A stretch of 64,000 nt of DNA, taken from positions 11,038 through 75,037 of the forward strand of contig DATLED010000042.1 in NCBI GenBank assembly GCA_035525495.1, read 5' to 3'. The position numbers and the translations under genes were made by a program. The first letter of the stretch is position 1, and each line of letters opens with the position of its first letter. This DNA is from Acidimicrobiales bacterium. GTDB taxonomy: Bacteria > Actinomycetota > Acidimicrobiia > Acidimicrobiales > CADCTF01. Below are positions 62,238-64,000 of the stretch, piece by piece. Under the pieces are notes generated by a model. It was not told where the DNA came from. It worked only from the letters and a program-made list of their open reading frames with translations, and searched no databases.

Positions 62238-62720
62238 ATGCGGCGCTGGCGCGCCGGGGTGCTCGCCGCGCTCGCCGCCCTGCTCGGCACGGCCGGCATC
62301 CCGCGGGCCGATGCGCAGGTCACCTGTCGAATCACCTCAGCGGATGCGTTCTTCTACGCGGACACGCTTCGAGGTGACGTCCAGACCTATTACGCACAGG
62401 TGATCATGTACACCGACAGATGCGGCATCTCGCCGGCCGAGATCCAGGCCACCTTCCGGCCGGTCGCCGGCACGCCGGCGACGTGCGACTTCCGAGGGAC
62501 GCTGCTCAGCGAGTACGCGATGTGCCAGGGAGCGCAAGGTGTGGCCGCCGCCGGAACCCAGGTCGTCATCGACGCGGTCGGCCGAACCTATGGCACGGCG
62601 GGCGCAGACCTGTTCTCGTCATCCTGCACGCTCGTCGTGACCCCGCTCCCCGCGGGCGAGGTCGGGGTCGGCGTCGGCACGTCGGCCAGTCGCTCCTCCT
62701 GCCCGCTGCCGCTCGAATGA
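62238..62720 (+). CDS. Small secreted Cys-containing protein (160 aa)
   Basis: The ATG at 62238 is preceded by GGGGGAGGA. Signal peptide MRRWRAGVLAALAALLGTAGIPRADA. The mature part has 6 Cys. Confidence 0.6.
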   Translation: MRRWRAGVLAALAALLGTAGIPRADAQVTCRITSADAFFYADTLRGDVQTYYAQVIMYTDRCGISPAEIQATFRPVAGTPATCDFRGTLLSEYAMCQGAQGVAAAGTQVVIDAVGRTYGTAGADLFSSSCTLVVTPLPAGEVGVGVGTSASRSSCPLPLE

Positions 62721-64000
62721 GGCGAGCGATACCGCGGGTGGCTGCGGCGGCAGCCGTCCTCGTCTCGAGCGTCATTGCCTGCGCCTTGCCGGCCGGCGCG
62801 CGATACCAGACCGTCGCCGGCGACCTCGTGCAATGGGAGTGGTCGGTCGTCGAGCAACAAGGCACGTTCCAGGTGACCGACCTCGTGGTCCGCTCAGATG
62901 GTTGGATGATCGTGTCGACGGGAACCTACGCCGACGGCTTCCTCCATCTCATCCCACCATGGGGCGGCGCAATCGACGAGGCGAATCGCTTCGGTCCCGA
63001 ACCGCTCGGGTTGCGACAGCTCGAGCTCCGGAAGGGACGGCTGTACGGACTCCGACAGGAGACACAGCGCCAGAGGGAACGGACGCACAACCCCGGTGTG
63101 CTCGTCGAGGTCGACGCCACAAGCGGCGCCGCCATCCGCCGATTGGGCGAGTGGTGGTTCCAGGACCTCGCGGTCGACCCCGTCTCGGAGGACCTGGTCC
63201 TGCAGACCTCCGGTCAGGAGCGCGAGCCGTACCGCCATGATCTCGTCCGGTTCGACCCGGACCGGGGAACGATCGGTCTTCTGGTGGCGGACTCCGAGCC
63301 GAGGTCGGACCGTGCGCTCGAGGTCGCGTACAGCGACGACGGCCAGCTGCTGTTCACCGCCAACGTCACCGACGTGCCGGCGACCATCGACGTGCGACGG
63401 CGCGACGGCGCGCTCGTCCACACCCTGCAGTCGGGACAGCTCGACGCGTTGGTGGCGGGTCGCACGGGTACGTGCTTCGAGGGAGTCCTGCTCCTCACTC
63501 GATTCGACGGGAGCGTGTGGTCGATCGGCACCGCGCCGCGTTCGACGCCCTCACCCGTCGCGACCGGGGGCCACTCGGCCGTCGTGAGCTATGCCGCCCT
63601 CGACCGGGACGGCCACCTGGCGACGGCCAGGTTCGCGGACGTCACGTTGCTCGCCTGCCCCGGGTTCGTACCGCCGAGGTCGCCGGCGCCGGTGACCGCG
63701 CACCCGGTCGCTCCCGTGCGTGACGTGCCGATCGCCGCCGCGGCCCCAGCCAACGGCGCGGGTCCACCCGCCGCGCCCGCACACCCCGCGCCGCCCCCGC
63801 CCGCGCCGACGGCGGCCGCCGCCCCGCCCCCGCCAGCGCCTCCGGCGGCTCCTGTTCCCATCGCTCCACCGAGCGCGCTCGGGGGCGCCGTGCAATCGGC
63901 GGGGGCGCCGAGTGCCGCCGCCGCCGACAGCCCCGACGAGGAGCACACGACCAGCGTGGCAGCGTCGTCGCGCTCCACGCTCGCGGTGTCGCTCGGGGCC
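62717..64000 (+). CDS. Secreted protein with a beta-rich body and a Pro/Ala-rich C-terminal region; 3' end outside the window
   Basis: This ORF is not in the track because it has no stop within the window. The ATG at 62717 overlaps the upstream stop (ATGA). Signal sequence MRRAIPRVAAAAAVLVSSVIACALPAGA. I translated the frame by hand to base 64000 and found no stop. The tail reads PAAPAHPAPPPPAPTAAAAPPPPAPPAAPVPIAPP. Confidence 0.65.
   Translation, partial: MRRAIPRVAAAAAVLVSSVIACALPAGARYQTVAGDLVQWEWSVVEQQGTFQVTDLVVRSDGWMIVSTGTYADGFLHLIPPWGGAIDEANRFGPEPLGLRQLELRKGRLYGLRQETQRQRERTHNPGVLVEVDATSGAAIRRLGEWWFQDLAVDPVSEDLVLQTSGQEREPYRHDLVRFDPDRGTIGLLVADSEPRSDRALEVAYSDDGQLLFTANVTDVPATIDVRRRDGALVHTLQSGQLDALVAGRTGTCFEGVLLLTRFDGSVWSIGTAPRSTPSPVATGGHSAVVSYAALDRDGHLATARFADVTLLACPGFVPPRSPAPVTAHPVAPVRDVPIAAAAPANGAGPPAAPAHPAPPPPAPTAAAAPPPPAPPAAPVPIAPPSALGGAVQSAGAPSAAAADSPDEEHTTSVAASSRSTLAVSLGA

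Noticed and set aside
60860-62377. 505-aa plus-strand ORF antisense to the ABC exporter 5' half
   Set aside because: Shadow ORF. The exporter TMD1/NBD1 motifs are on the minus strand.
63700-63900. GC-rich, seemingly repetitive CCG/GCC DNA that might be a tandem repeat or CRISPR-like element
   Set aside because: It has no regular period and no spacer structure. It is the in-frame Pro/Ala-rich tail of the secreted protein starting at 62717.
1-64000. Searched for tRNA, rRNA, tmRNA, CRISPR arrays, IS elements/transposases, integrases and prophage genes
   Set aside because: All intergenic gaps are short (361 nt or less) and none shows cloverleaf-like or repeat-spacer structure. No ORF has transposase, integrase or phage hallmark motifs.

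Overview
Very GC-rich, densely coding chromosomal segment of actinobacterial type. The repeat protein at the left edge and the overall gene content suggest an Acidimicrobiia-like Actinomycetota, but that is inference only. GC content was judged by eye, not computed. I support about 54 protein-coding genes. Many are translationally coupled through ATGA/GTGA start-stop overlaps. I found no rRNA, tRNA, CRISPR array, transposase or prophage. Most long ORFs in the six-frame track are Arg/Pro/Ala-rich shadow ORFs, as expected in high-GC DNA, and were rejected. Content from left to right: (1) a SodC-domain/repeat protein and a nitronate monooxygenase; (2) an SNF2 helicase, small basic protein and EEP nuclease operon, next to an HNH remnant and hrpA; (3) an acyl-CoA metabolism cluster with DUF2855, an LLM oxidoreductase, a tandem family-III CoA-transferase, an SCP-x thiolase and DUF35; (4) a long minus-strand array of hydrolases, patatin, DUF885, NnrD, a histidine phosphatase, a cyclase-STAND-TPR protein and CsbD-like or coiled-coil stress proteins; (5) a GHMP kinase and a WhiB regulator; (6) an LAxTG surface protein; (7) a SigF/B-type sigma factor and RsbW-like anti-sigma factor, followed directly by a vWA(TerY-like)/PP2C/kinase triad; (8) an acyl-CoA ligase, TetR and a ferritin-like (DUF455) operon; (9) a 12-kb co-directional array joining a fused LivH-LivM permease, an unusual MFS-LivF-LivG fusion, MoxR-DUF58, a transglutaminase-like protein with a substituted catalytic triad, and two lipoproteins; (10) a fused TMD-NBD-TMD-NBD ABC exporter; (11) two coupled secreted proteins. 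The best candidates for poorly described biology are the sigma/anti-sigma plus vWA-PP2C-kinase module, the transporter-MoxR array with the MFS-ABC fusion, the pseudo-transglutaminase, and the SodC-in-repeat protein. All functional calls rest on motif recognition by eye. No database search was run.
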